A DNA stretch of 64,000 bases from contig CALIBN010000024.1 in assembly GCA_938045545.1 (NCBI GenBank), positions 1 to 64,000 of the forward strand. The letters run 5' to 3'. This stretch comes from an uncultured archaeon (GTDB taxonomy: Archaea > Thermoproteota > EX4484-205 > JAAOZP01). The translations under genes were made by a program, and so were the position numbers. Below, piece by piece: positions 36,640-47,046 of the stretch; the first letter of the stretch is position 1; each line of letters starts with the position of its first letter. The notes beneath the pieces were generated by a model. It was given only the letters and a program-made list of their open reading frames with translations. It made no database searches and was not told the origin of the DNA.

Positions 36640-37466
36640 GGTTTAGTGACCATTCTCACCGTGGCTAAGAGTAGCACAATGCCCAGCAACATCTTAAGAA
36701 GACCTTCGCTAGCCACGGTTACGAAACTGGCTCCAACATATGATCCCAAGACTGAAGCGAAGCCCATGGTTAATCCAATGGCAATGCCATAGTTGTTCAG
36801 GTGGCCTATGCGCCAATGCTTTATGAAGCTGGCCAATATGGTTGGGATGGAAACCAGCAGGCTTAATGTACCCGCTATTTTCACCGGGAAACCAAAGAAG
36901 TAGATGAGAGCTGGGATCCTGTACTCTCCTCCAGCAACTCCCAGCAGGCCTGAAACAACCCCGATTAGAAGGCCAACGAGCATCGAGAAGGCGATTTCCA
37001 TAAGATATGGGAATGAAACGCTTGATGGGGGCAATTCGACAAACTGGTCAAAAATCATCCTCAACCCTACTGCAATCAACAGCACTATTAGAAACTTCCT
37101 TAACAGGCTTTCATTTAGCCTTCCAGCCAGATGTGCACCAATATATCCTCCCAAGATTGAGCCGGAAGACATGAATAACGCGATATTGATCGCGTTAGGA
37201 GTGATTAGGCCGGTCCGGTACCTCACGATAAATGAGACGGAGACGGTTAAAAGCCCTATCAACAGGTTTATAGTGATTGAAAGCAGGACCGGCAGATCCA
37301 GCAGGTAGAGCAAGACGGGTATTCTGAACTCCCCGCCTCCTACGCCAAGGAGTCCTGATGCTAAACCAATCGAAAAACCGGAAAAAACGGAGACAAAAAG
37401 TTTGCCTATGTTAAAACGTTGAACCGTGCTCTCGAAAGCATTGCCCGTCATTATTAATGCTTTCAA
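36636..37466 (-). CDS. TauE/SafE (sulfite exporter) family membrane protein
   Basis: Duplicated GLLGVGGG / GLLGVAGG motifs; many TM helices. Confidence 0.9.
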   Translation of the reverse strand: MKALIMTGNAFESTVQRFNIGKLFVSVFSGFSIGLASGLLGVGGGEFRIPVLLYLLDLPVLLSITINLLIGLLTVSVSFIVRYRTGLITPNAINIALFMSSGSILGGYIGAHLAGRLNESLLRKFLIVLLIAVGLRMIFDQFVELPPSSVSFPYLMEIAFSMLVGLLIGVVSGLLGVAGGEYRIPALIYFFGFPVKIAGTLSLLVSIPTILASFIKHWRIGHLNNYGIAIGLTMGFASVLGSYVGASFVTVASEGLLKMLLGIVLLLATVRMVTKP

Positions 37467-37510
37467 ACCGGCTGACTTTGCATTTAAATAGTTTAAGTTC
37501 CTCAGTCAAG

Positions 37511-38011
37511 CTACTCTAAGGTTATTCTTCCTGAAACCGTTGCGAAAACATTCTTAGAATAGTGTAAGACCGGTTGAAAGTCGAGTTTTTCAACATGCTC
37601 TTTCAAGACTCTTCCAACAACCAGCCAGTGGTCTCCGAACTCTTTGAACAGTTCCACTCTGCACTCCAGCTGGACAGGCATGTTTCTCACGAGGGGTGGC
37701 TTAACAGTCTCAGCCTTCTCAGTCTCCAATCCTAGGAGGGCAAACTTATCGACTTCCCTCCCGGACCTTGTGCCGCAGGCCCACACCATATCGATCATAT
37801 CTCTCGAAGGAATGGCTAAAATGAATTCGGTAACCTCCCTCAGATTCTCAAAGGTTTTCCTTCTGGGGGAAACGGCAAAAGCAACATATTTCGGTTCAAA
37901 GCTTATAGGCATCAAGAATGAGAATGCCGCAATATCCGGCTCACCCTTAGAATCGCAAGTAATAACTAGTCCCGTCACCCTTGGAAAGATCATCTCGCTT
38001 ATTCTAGCCAT
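37511..38011 (-). CDS. Flavin reductase-like protein
   Basis: CGTRSGREVDKF, LECRV, GDHWLVVGRV. Confidence 0.85.
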   Translation of the reverse strand: MARISEMIFPRVTGLVITCDSKGEPDIAAFSFLMPISFEPKYVAFAVSPRRKTFENLREVTEFILAIPSRDMIDMVWACGTRSGREVDKFALLGLETEKAETVKPPLVRNMPVQLECRVELFKEFGDHWLVVGRVLKEHVEKLDFQPVLHYSKNVFATVSGRITLE

Positions 38012-38337
38012 GTATCGAGATCGTAGAAAGTATTGTTAACCTTTTCCCTCGAGCATCCAATATTAGGGAGCTAAAATCCCGTTTTTGTAGTAACCGTATT
38101 GCAACACTGTTGAGAAGGTTAGTTAACATATTCTTAAAGACGATTAAAATAGGGAGGCTTCTCCCTTTATCCATAGTCTCGTTTTAAATTATTTATGAAT
38201 CTGGAAAAAGAAGCCATTTCTAGAGAGGAATTAACTTTACAACCTTATTATCGATCCTTGTTTTATCCTCGTAATCCCAAGTGATTATTTCTCAGAAAAA
38301 TTAACGCCGCCTAGCCAGAAATTAAAAGCAAGATTTA

Positions 38338-38961
38338 CTAACTTTTTCTCTCAAGGATCTCCCTGATTCTCTTAAGCTCGTCTAGGATCCGTTGTTCTAA
38401 ATCTTCTTGCGGAGCGAATCCTGACTCAGTCTCCACAGCCATCGGCCGAAGCCTTCCAACCATGTTAAGCATGAAGCTCTTCACTTCTTCAACGTTCTTA
38501 ATACCCTGAAGAATGGCTTCCGCAACCCCGTGGCTTCCGGGAGCAACATGGTAACCAGCAGTTTGAATGCGAAGCTCCCATAACCCTAGCATCCTGGAGA
38601 CGGGGCCTTGTCGAATGTCAACATTAGTTATACGGTTGTAGGGGACTATGCTCTTATGCTTCCACCAAACCCCCTTTTCAACGATTATTTCACTCTCCGT
38701 AAAGGTGTAGAACAGGGATAGATAATACAGGTTTATCCAAATGATCGAGGGGACAAGGATTAGGAGGCATATGATTGCGAGAATGAATATAACCATCGCG
38801 AGAACCCCCAAGTTAAGGGTAGGAGGAGAGAGGATTGTTAAAACGCTCATGAGGCATAGCGGAAAAATGAGAACCAGCCCTAAACCAGTTAGAAGGTAGA
38901 TGTATTGAAGCGTCTTGAAAGACGGGTCTGGTTTAAACTTCTCGCCAATTCTAACAGTCAT
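38338..38961 (-). CDS. Membrane protein with a bacterial PH (bPH_2) domain
   Basis: Two TM helices, then VPYNRITNVDIRQGP..LRIQTAG. Confidence 0.85.
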   Translation of the reverse strand: MTVRIGEKFKPDPSFKTLQYIYLLTGLGLVLIFPLCLMSVLTILSPPTLNLGVLAMVIFILAIICLLILVPSIIWINLYYLSLFYTFTESEIIVEKGVWWKHKSIVPYNRITNVDIRQGPVSRMLGLWELRIQTAGYHVAPGSHGVAEAILQGIKNVEEVKSFMLNMVGRLRPMAVETESGFAPQEDLEQRILDELKRIREILERKS

Positions 38962-39039
38962 TCACTTCAGTAATCATGCAGGGGAATATAAGACTTTTTC
39001 AGATGATGCTGCAAATAAGGTTGGTGTTTTTAGAAAATA

Positions 39040-39829
39040 CTATTTTTCCTCGCGTCTCGTGGAAACGATGTAGGAAAGTATTACGAATACTGTTGGATAT
39101 AGTATCAGGACCATTAGGGATATGGGGTATTGTGAAGACAGTTTAAGCAGGTCGAAGACATCCTGCTTGCTAGCCTTAGCGGGAACAGGGCCTGTTAAAG
39201 TGCTGTAGTGATTATTGATTGAGAAGATCTGCGTCATGTAGTTTAGCTCAACGTATTTTTTTCCCAGTAATCGCTCTCCAGGCTGAAAGAGGCGAAGGAG
39301 GGTATACCCAGCATCATGAAGGCGATCATCACGGATATTAAAGGCACTATTATGGTAAAAAACGCCCAGAGCGCTATGCTTGCTATGGGCGAGTGACCCG
39401 ATTTATTTAGGATCGTGGAGAAGAAAAGCGAGACGGAGTAGTATGCGAACGCGAAAATCAGTGAGAATATTGAGAATAACGTTAGCCTGGTGAGATCGTC
39501 TAAGTCTATGTTTAGGCCGTATACTTAAGGTTCTCCAAGGCAGTCATGTCGTCGTAGAACTCGAAGCCTTCTGGCAGCAGCCCCACCTTCCTCCTTATCT
39601 CCAATGATTCGCGAAGCACATCATGTCCTAAAACCCTAGCCACGCCCCTCGTCGGCAGAGTTAAGCCCATCAGTATCGCTATCAGCGTTGATTTCCCAGC
39701 TCCATTCGGGCCGAAGAGCCCGTGTATGCTGCCTTTAGGAATCTTAAGGTTAACGTTGTCCAGGGCTGTCACCGGAGGGGTGCCCTTGAATATCTTTACA
39801 AGGTTTTCATATTCTATTACAAAGCTCAT
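39040..39829 (-). pseudogene. ABC transporter remnant: ATPase N-terminal fragment joined to permease C-terminal fragments
   Basis: GPNGAGKST Walker A but the ORF ends at ENLKY with no signature or Walker B; hydrophobic fragments follow, ending ..REEK. Confidence 0.75.
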
Positions 39830-40033
39830 GCCTCCCGCCTTCCCTGTTTCTGAATATTTAGAGGGTGAGAGTTAAAAAGATTCCAGCGTAGCCTTCTTTA
39901 TGGGGAATACTCCGTATTCAGTTCAAAGAAACGTGGAGGAATATTGTTAGCGTCGGTGCTGGTTTACTCGGTCTGAGGGTTTTCCTCTTTGCTTAAGCCT
40001 TCCTAAAAGATTGAGGTTCATGAAAACCCTATT

Positions 40034-40534
40034 TTAAACCTCAGCCCCTACTTCTCTGAAACCGTTCTCAACATACTGGAGGCCTCTCCGAAGCATTTTG
40101 AAAACCTTCTTACCGGCCTCGACGCCTGTTTCACTCACAAGCCCCCTCTTTATCAGTATGCTCATGTACTGCCTAGGGTTTTCAAGCCCGCTTAGCCTAG
40201 CCTCCTCCTTAAGCTTCTCAACATCCTCGTAAGTAAAATCCCTCTTCTCAACCATGTAAAGATAGTAGCCGATCAACAGTATCTTCTCATACCCCTTCAA
40301 CATATCTGGCTCCCTTCCGATCCTCTTAGCCTCCTCGGCGAGAAACTCGGTGAAGGTGATGCCCTGTGGCAGCGGCTCTGGTTCAATTGTCCTCGCAGCC
40401 TCAACCCTTTCTTGGAGAAACTCGCTCCTGAGCCTCTCGAAAGTAGTCTCCACAAACTCCCTGCTGCCCCAGACCTCCACCTCGACGTCTCTCCTCTTAA
40501 CCCTCACGCCGTATCCATGTTCCTTGACACTCAT
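40034..40534 (-). CDS. Hypothetical protein with a C-terminal wHTH-like region
   Basis: ATG at 40534 avoids overlap with the helicase; LIKRGLV..LRRGLQYV pattern. Confidence 0.55.
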   Translation of the reverse strand: MSVKEHGYGVRVKRRDVEVEVWGSREFVETTFERLRSEFLQERVEAARTIEPEPLPQGITFTEFLAEEAKRIGREPDMLKGYEKILLIGYYLYMVEKRDFTYEDVEKLKEEARLSGLENPRQYMSILIKRGLVSETGVEAGKKVFKMLRRGLQYVENGFREVGAEV

Positions 40535-40578
40535 GTTCAAGCCGGAAACCATGCTTCTCAACGAAATATAAGGCTTTC

Positions 40579-42540
40579 TCAGGAGAGGAAGCTGCTTACC
40601 TCCCTCGTAAGGTTTTCGATTTTCAAATGGGCATGCATGTCCTGTCTCCAATCCTGTGGAAGCTTGTCCCTCACCCTTCCATATATCCTGCTGTCCATAA
40701 TCACTATGACTCCCCTGTCCTGCTGGCTTCTTATCAGTCTGCCAGCCATCTGGGCCAGTGTGACTATGCATGGGGTGGTGCTCGCGTATTCGAAAGCCTT
40801 TTCGCCGAACTTTTTCTCATAGTATTTTAAAAGGGCTTCATGCATCTCGCTCCTCTTAGGATAGGGTAGGCCAACTATCACGACGGCTGAGAGGAGGGAG
40901 GAGCCCTCGCTCGTAAGGTCCACGCCCTCGCTTATCTTGCCTCTTGCAACACCTAACGCTAAGCAACTGTTGTTCTCCCTGAGGAACTTGAGCACTTCCC
41001 TAACCCTTGTCTTCGCGTCCTCCCTGATTATCGGGCGGTTTATCACGATTCTCTCCGAAACCTTCTCCATCAGCTCGTAAGACGGGAAGTATACGGCTAC
41101 CCTCCCTTTTACGGATTCAATGATCCTGTTGAGCCTCTCAGCTATCCTGCCTATCATCTCCCCCCTAAGCTCGTACTTGGTTGTCACAGCCTTGTCCACG
41201 AGTATCAGCCTGTTCTCCCTTTTAAACGGAGACGGGAGGGAGAGGGTTGCCACCCGCCTCTCATCCAAGCCTAGGACATCCCTGTAGTAGGGGAAATCCC
41301 AAAGTGTTCCAGACATTAAAACGGCTGACCTAACCTTGTTCAGGCTTCGCGTCGCCCTTGAAACATCCAGCGAACATATTCCAATCCTCACAATCCTCCT
41401 GCCGCCGGAGCCTTTCTCAACCCTAACGTATCTCACAGTGTCCTCGGAATCCTCAGAGGCCCATCTTTGAGCAAACTCCGCGATCCTCCCAAGGTGCGAG
41501 ACAGGAGGCTTCCCCGAATCCATTTTCATCGAAACTATTCTCTCAGATTCCTCCAGCATTTTCCGGAGGGTTTCAAGCACCTTCTCCCCTGGCATGCGTA
41601 GGGCTCTGAGCAGGGAAGCCTCATCCCCTTCTAAAACATGGTTCTCCCCAATGCCCACTTGTTTCACAGCTTTTCTCCCAAGCCTCTCCATGAACGCTTT
41701 GAAAAGCCTTATGAAACTCTTTTCTTCAAACCCGTATTCGACAGCCTCTTTCCAGGCTCTTGAAACGGTTCTCGTGGAAACCTCGTCTGAGAGGAGCCCT
41801 GAGGCAGCGGAGGGGAGCGAGTGAGCCTCGTCGAAAACAATGTTCACACTGCCCATCTGCATCCTTCCCCTGGCGAATATGCTTCTCCTAGCCTCATCTA
41901 TAAGGAAATGGTTGTAGTTGCCTATGATGACGTCTGAGTCGGCAGCCGCCAGCCTAGTTAGCTCATACGGGCACATCCCCCGTGATGAAGCCTCTTCGTA
42001 CAGCTCGTCCGGCATTAAAACACGCTTGACCCCCGCCTCCTCCAGGAAGACTATCGCCTCCCTAGACGGCTTCCAGTCCCTGAAAACCTTAGCGTAGAAG
42101 GCGCATGATGATGCTGAAACACCCTTCTTAAGCCTGCTGCAATACGTTAGGAAGCTCCGGTAGTCCATTCTCCCAACCTCCAGCCTCCCCCTGGCTAGGG
42201 GGCACATCTCCTGCCTGCTCACCATCAGCGTTGCCCTAAGGATTACCCCAGTCTTTTCAGCGATCGTTTTAAGCTCCCTAGCGTATATTTCAAGCTCGTT
42301 CCTCGTCCTAGTCAGTATGAACAGTTTCCCAACTTCCTCGATCTCCCTAGCCATCAAGTATGCTGTTAAAACCGAAACTGATTTCCCGGTTCCACAGGGG
42401 GAGGATAATAAACCTATTCTCCCCGTGGTGAGAACACGGAAGATGAACTCTATCGCTTCAAGCTGGTGTTCCCTGAACTCCGAATAGGGAAAGTATTTCT
42501 TGGCCCATTTCTCAACCGTCTGATGCAAAGGCTTCTGCAT
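40579..42540 (-). CDS. xpd: XPD/Rad3/DinG-family Fe-S DNA helicase
   Basis: Q motif REHQ, SPCGTGKS, Fe-S cysteines, DEAH, SGTL, EGVD, QMAGRLIR. Confidence 0.9.
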   Translation of the reverse strand: MQKPLHQTVEKWAKKYFPYSEFREHQLEAIEFIFRVLTTGRIGLLSSPCGTGKSVSVLTAYLMAREIEEVGKLFILTRTRNELEIYARELKTIAEKTGVILRATLMVSRQEMCPLARGRLEVGRMDYRSFLTYCSRLKKGVSASSCAFYAKVFRDWKPSREAIVFLEEAGVKRVLMPDELYEEASSRGMCPYELTRLAAADSDVIIGNYNHFLIDEARRSIFARGRMQMGSVNIVFDEAHSLPSAASGLLSDEVSTRTVSRAWKEAVEYGFEEKSFIRLFKAFMERLGRKAVKQVGIGENHVLEGDEASLLRALRMPGEKVLETLRKMLEESERIVSMKMDSGKPPVSHLGRIAEFAQRWASEDSEDTVRYVRVEKGSGGRRIVRIGICSLDVSRATRSLNKVRSAVLMSGTLWDFPYYRDVLGLDERRVATLSLPSPFKRENRLILVDKAVTTKYELRGEMIGRIAERLNRIIESVKGRVAVYFPSYELMEKVSERIVINRPIIREDAKTRVREVLKFLRENNSCLALGVARGKISEGVDLTSEGSSLLSAVVIVGLPYPKRSEMHEALLKYYEKKFGEKAFEYASTTPCIVTLAQMAGRLIRSQQDRGVIVIMDSRIYGRVRDKLPQDWRQDMHAHLKIENLTREVSSFLS

Positions 42541-42579
42541 CCTTATTCCGGGGAACGCTTAAAAGCGTTAGCACCCTGT

Positions 42580-45500
42580 TTAACCCTGAGGATTCTGGTT
42601 TACACCACTTTTCCCTGTTTTCCTCCCGCTCTCTTTGAAGCCTCTCCTCCTGCGCCTCATTCTCAGAGCGAGAGCAGCCAGCAGCGGGGTTACGGATATC
42701 AGTGGAAACAGGTTAACCCCCCGGTTACTCCAAACCCTAACCGAGTGTGGAACAGTGTTCTCAGAGTATGCTACAAGCACGACTGGGTTTAAACCCTGCC
42801 CGCCTGGAAGCTCCAGGGAAGTTTCCAGGCATGAACCGGGTTCAAGGTCTCCAAGGTTTTTCTCAAAATCCGTATCAACCACCTTAACCCTGACGCCTCT
42901 AACAACCAGATGCTTAGCGAGAGACCTGACCCTGACCCTGATCATCCTGCCGTCGTATTCAGCGTAGTCTATTCTCAGCGCAAGCCTCTCGTCGAAAAAG
43001 AGCCCTCCGGGAGGGCTTAGGAACACGGTCATGCTGGAGTTGTCACTCTGAACTTGAAGAATTCTTATCGAGCAGGATGTTTCCGGAGGATAGCCTTCAA
43101 CCCTAATCCGCATAGGTAGGCTCACCATGCCAGCGTCAGCCTCCAGTCTTAGAAAAGCTTCAAACCCGTGCTGGTCGCCCTTTAAAACCAGGCTGCTCCA
43201 GTCGAGCCTGACGATCCTGACGCTGCAGTCCCCGACTGTCCTCCATATCCCTGAAGGATGCGGATCCCGTTTTAAAACCACTATCCTCTCCACGCAGGAA
43301 GCATTGTATTCAGAGTCGTTTAAAGCCAACCTTATTCTACCCTCGTCGTCTGACAGAACCCTTTTCGCGGATAGGCTCGTGTAGACGGGTAGGCTGCTCA
43401 CCGGGGAACCGTTGTGAGCCCAGCGCGCCGTGGCGCAGAAAATCCTGGTTCCATTACGGTCTAAAATGTAGTCCGGGGTAATGTTGAAGGCTGTGAAAAC
43501 AGCCTCGATGGTGAGCACGTCGCTGCAAACGTTTTCTTCAAGCGCCTTCACATAGTAACGGTAAACGCCGGGCTTGGACTCTGTCCAGTTGAAGCTGACC
43601 CCGTTGCTGGAAACCAGGCTGCTTCTCACAACCGTCCCGTTTGAAGACACGACACCCATCCTGATTCCGCGGGCAATGCTCCCGTTGCCCTGCCACACCA
43701 CTCTACGTATAGTGATGTTAAGGAGGTCCATTATGTTCAGCATGACCCTGAAGGAATAGTTTTCCAGAGGGATGTTGTTCACAAAGACCCTTGGCCCATT
43801 ATCCTCAGGGTTGCCAAGCCTCACCCAGTTGGGAACCAGGGTTACGGTGCACGGCTCGACGCAAGGTAGGAAACCGACAGCGTTGAAGGACGCTTTGGAA
43901 ACGCCTTTCTCAGGTATTCTAAGCCTGAAGGACGCGGGGCTCCTTCCAACGAGTCCGGTTTCAACCCATCTTACTTCAAGACCCTTAAGCGGCATGTTGT
44001 TGAAAGAGAGCCTTGCTGAAACCGTTACCTCAACCTCCTCCCCGGGTCTGCCGCCGACCACTGTTCTAGAGGCTTCCAGCAGTATTCTGGTGAAGACAAC
44101 GCTGAGAGTAGCCTCACCCTCTATGAACCCGTCGCTCGCCTTAACCATTCCCTCGTAGGCAACATCCCTGCCTGTTAGCCTTAGCACAGCGGCGCCGTCG
44201 ACCCCCGTCAGAGCGGAGGAGCCTGAAGGCTTAAACTCCACCAGCACGCTGGAGGCCGGTGTAAGGCTGTGAGAATACACTGCTTTAACTGAAAAACTTG
44301 ATGAACCATTGTTGCAAGCATAGTAGGATTCTTCGAAGAACACAGCGTCTAGGCTTGAGACCTCAAGTCTGATCTTTGTGAAGACTATTCTCACGCAAGC
44401 CTCCTCGCTCAACCTGGCCCCGTTCTCGCCGACCGCGACGAAGGTTAACCAGGCTTCCCGGTCTTTTTGGGCGAATGAGAAAACCGCGTCGCCGTTCATC
44501 CCGGTTAAAGCATCTTTGCCTTCGGAATCCCTTATCCTGACTCCAGCCGCCGGACTGTCGTCATGAGAGAAATATGCTGAAACAGTGATGCTCACGGTGG
44601 AGCCGCTCCTAGCCCAGTAAACCCCGTTCCTAAGAACCCCGCCGGAGACGCTCTTTACAGTAAGCCTGTAGGATGACCATGTTACAGTGAAGGTCGCGTT
44701 CCCGCCGGTCGTAGAGCTTATACCCCTGTAAACCCCCTTGGGAGGGCTGAAGGAATATTTTCTGACACCTGGGCTGGATTCTGAAACACTGTAAACATCT
44801 ATCTTAGAATATTCTCCAAGACAGTCGGAAACCTTAACCCTGAGCTCAACAGTCTCGCCGAGCATGCGTAAACCTAGATCGGTGGGCCCCAGGGGCTCGA
44901 TCCTCATCGAGTCGAAGCGCAGGCTCATCTGGGGTAAGCTTATTGTAAGCGTCAACTCGTCGGTCCTGTTCTTGGATGAGAAGACAACTCTTCTGGTGAA
45001 AAATCCTCCGCCCAGCTTCTTCAACACGCAGCTACCGGTTTCAACCCCGCTGGCGGCCTCCTCCGCAACCCATCCGCCCGCGCTGTAAAACCTTATTTTC
45101 TGAGACCAGTGGACACTAGAGCCGCTGTTAGCCCACGCGTCCAAGCCCTCCACGAAAGTGCATCCAGTTATGTTTAAGCCTAGATACTCTATGCTTGTCA
45201 CAAGATATTTTCCGGAGGCGAACCCGACCTCGTCGCCGTTGCTAATGGCTACGGCAACCCTACGGATACTGGCTTCACCGGAGCCCTCGTCGAAAACAGC
45301 GTCGATGGCGAAACCATCGCTAGGACTGACTGAGGGGGCTGGTTCTCCAACCATTATCACGACGGGGCTCGTGAAGACCCAGCTGTCCCTGTTAACCCCT
45401 TGGAAAACAGCTTTCTGAACACTTCCCGGAGCTCCGCTTCCAGTCTTCTCAACGTTGCTCCACCTCGCCTTCCAACTCATGTTTCTCACGCCAGTCGCCT

Positions 45501-46158
45501 GGGGAAGCCTGAACGTGAAGACGTGTGTTACGCTTCCATCCAGGGTTGCCTCAGCAGTATGCGATTCAGCCTGGATGCTTCCACCCCCCTCAAGCCTAAT
45601 GTCCATCGCAGCGTAGGCTAAGTCGCGCTCCTCGAAGCACGAGGAAACCTTAACACTGATGCCTATTGTAAGCCTAACCTCGTGCGTCCCCTGGCCCAGG
45701 ACAGCGGCCTTAGAATAGCAGCGTGCCCACCAGTATTCTTTACCCAGCTCGTAGACCCTGACCCCGTCGACGTAAACCCTGAGATACTTATCCACAACTG
45801 TCCAGCCGTTTGGAACAGGGTTATGGTCGTTCCCGCAAACGTAAATCCCTGCCGAGAAGCCTTCCGGTATTATTACCCTTGCCGTCACTGACTTAGTATC
45901 GCTATACGTCCCCTGCCCAGCTCTGGCGTCGATATGAAGATAACCTGTTCCACCGTACCATATGCTTTCGCCGAATGAATAGCTTATTTGAACAGTATCC
46001 GTCCTTAAACCAGTCCACGAGTAGAATGACGGCAAGCTTTCCGGATGCGCTTCAACCTGAACCAGGCATTGGAGCAGGACTATGACTGTGATTAGCAGCA
46101 GGGTTTTCCAAGCTTTTTTCGAAACCGGCATCCCGAAGAATCCTTGCCGCCGGCACAC
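42580..46158 (-). CDS. Large cell-surface protein (signal peptide, beta-sandwich repeats, C-terminal TM plus basic tail)
   Basis: Hydrophobic N-terminal signal; V/S/T/G-rich body; LLAALALRMRRRRR anchor. Confidence 0.7.
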   Translation of the reverse strand: MCRRQGFFGMPVSKKAWKTLLLITVIVLLQCLVQVEAHPESLPSFYSWTGLRTDTVQISYSFGESIWYGGTGYLHIDARAGQGTYSDTKSVTARVIIPEGFSAGIYVCGNDHNPVPNGWTVVDKYLRVYVDGVRVYELGKEYWWARCYSKAAVLGQGTHEVRLTIGISVKVSSCFEERDLAYAAMDIRLEGGGSIQAESHTAEATLDGSVTHVFTFRLPQATGVRNMSWKARWSNVEKTGSGAPGSVQKAVFQGVNRDSWVFTSPVVIMVGEPAPSVSPSDGFAIDAVFDEGSGEASIRRVAVAISNGDEVGFASGKYLVTSIEYLGLNITGCTFVEGLDAWANSGSSVHWSQKIRFYSAGGWVAEEAASGVETGSCVLKKLGGGFFTRRVVFSSKNRTDELTLTISLPQMSLRFDSMRIEPLGPTDLGLRMLGETVELRVKVSDCLGEYSKIDVYSVSESSPGVRKYSFSPPKGVYRGISSTTGGNATFTVTWSSYRLTVKSVSGGVLRNGVYWARSGSTVSITVSAYFSHDDSPAAGVRIRDSEGKDALTGMNGDAVFSFAQKDREAWLTFVAVGENGARLSEEACVRIVFTKIRLEVSSLDAVFFEESYYACNNGSSSFSVKAVYSHSLTPASSVLVEFKPSGSSALTGVDGAAVLRLTGRDVAYEGMVKASDGFIEGEATLSVVFTRILLEASRTVVGGRPGEEVEVTVSARLSFNNMPLKGLEVRWVETGLVGRSPASFRLRIPEKGVSKASFNAVGFLPCVEPCTVTLVPNWVRLGNPEDNGPRVFVNNIPLENYSFRVMLNIMDLLNITIRRVVWQGNGSIARGIRMGVVSSNGTVVRSSLVSSNGVSFNWTESKPGVYRYYVKALEENVCSDVLTIEAVFTAFNITPDYILDRNGTRIFCATARWAHNGSPVSSLPVYTSLSAKRVLSDDEGRIRLALNDSEYNASCVERIVVLKRDPHPSGIWRTVGDCSVRIVRLDWSSLVLKGDQHGFEAFLRLEADAGMVSLPMRIRVEGYPPETSCSIRILQVQSDNSSMTVFLSPPGGLFFDERLALRIDYAEYDGRMIRVRVRSLAKHLVVRGVRVKVVDTDFEKNLGDLEPGSCLETSLELPGGQGLNPVVLVAYSENTVPHSVRVWSNRGVNLFPLISVTPLLAALALRMRRRRRGFKESGRKTGKSGVNQNPQG

Positions 46159-47046
46159 TTAAGCGCCAATATTGTTCGAAACAGCCTTGGCGAGGCTGTG
46201 AAAATCTTGGACAGTAAGCTCTAAAACCCTACTGGCCTCTGGAACAAGATGGAAAACATTGGAGTAAACCCGTTTACCCCTTTCCCCGTATAGCCGTTCA
46301 AGGCTGTTTCTCAAAACTGTTCTCGCAAGCCTGTTTCTCTGGCTGAACATCGCTCTAAGCAGGCCTTCCAGAATACCCGTGTCCACCTCTATCCTAGAAG
46401 GCTTAATGTAGAGAACTGCGTGAGCAACCTTAGGCCTAGGGTAGAACGAGGAGGATGGGAAAAAACCTAGTATACGGGGCTCAGCCATGGTGTTAACAGA
46501 GACTGTTAGCCTGCCGTATTCCCTGGTTCCCGGTTTCGAGACAATTCTCTCAGCAACCTCCCTCTGCACCGTGATCACAGCCCTCTCATAGTTCTGCTCC
46601 AGAATCCTGAATATCACCGGGGTTGAAACATGGTATGGGATGTTTCCAGTGTAGACATTACCCTTCAAATCCATCTTCATGAAGTCTCCTTGAACCACCT
46701 CGACGTTATTAAAGGCTGAGAACCGGTCTTTCAATACCCTTACCAGCGCGGGGTCTATTTCAACAGCCTTAACCTTTGAACCGTGCTTAGCCAGTTCAAA
46801 AGTCAGTGTCCCCAATCCGGCCCCAATCTCAACAATAGTATCGCTGGGCTTGGGCTGAACGTTTTCAACCACTGTTCTCACCAGAAGCTCGTCTACGACG
46901 AAGCTTTGGCTAAGCCTCTTCTTAGGCCTTATCCCATATTTCCTGATCAGACGGATCGTCTCAGCGAGAAGGTTTTCACGGTAAGGGTGGGGCCTGCTCC
47001 CGCCTGCTTGGGAGCCTACCCTCCTTCTAGTCGACATGCAGCTCAA
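46159..47046 (-). CDS. rsmA: 16S rRNA m6,6A dimethyltransferase
   Basis: KKRLSQSF, VEIGAGLG, NIPY, QREVAERI, YGRLTV. Confidence 0.92.
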   Translation of the reverse strand: MSCMSTRRRVGSQAGGSRPHPYRENLLAETIRLIRKYGIRPKKRLSQSFVVDELLVRTVVENVQPKPSDTIVEIGAGLGTLTFELAKHGSKVKAVEIDPALVRVLKDRFSAFNNVEVVQGDFMKMDLKGNVYTGNIPYHVSTPVIFRILEQNYERAVITVQREVAERIVSKPGTREYGRLTVSVNTMAEPRILGFFPSSSFYPRPKVAHAVLYIKPSRIEVDTGILEGLLRAMFSQRNRLARTVLRNSLERLYGERGKRVYSNVFHLVPEASRVLELTVQDFHSLAKAVSNNIGA

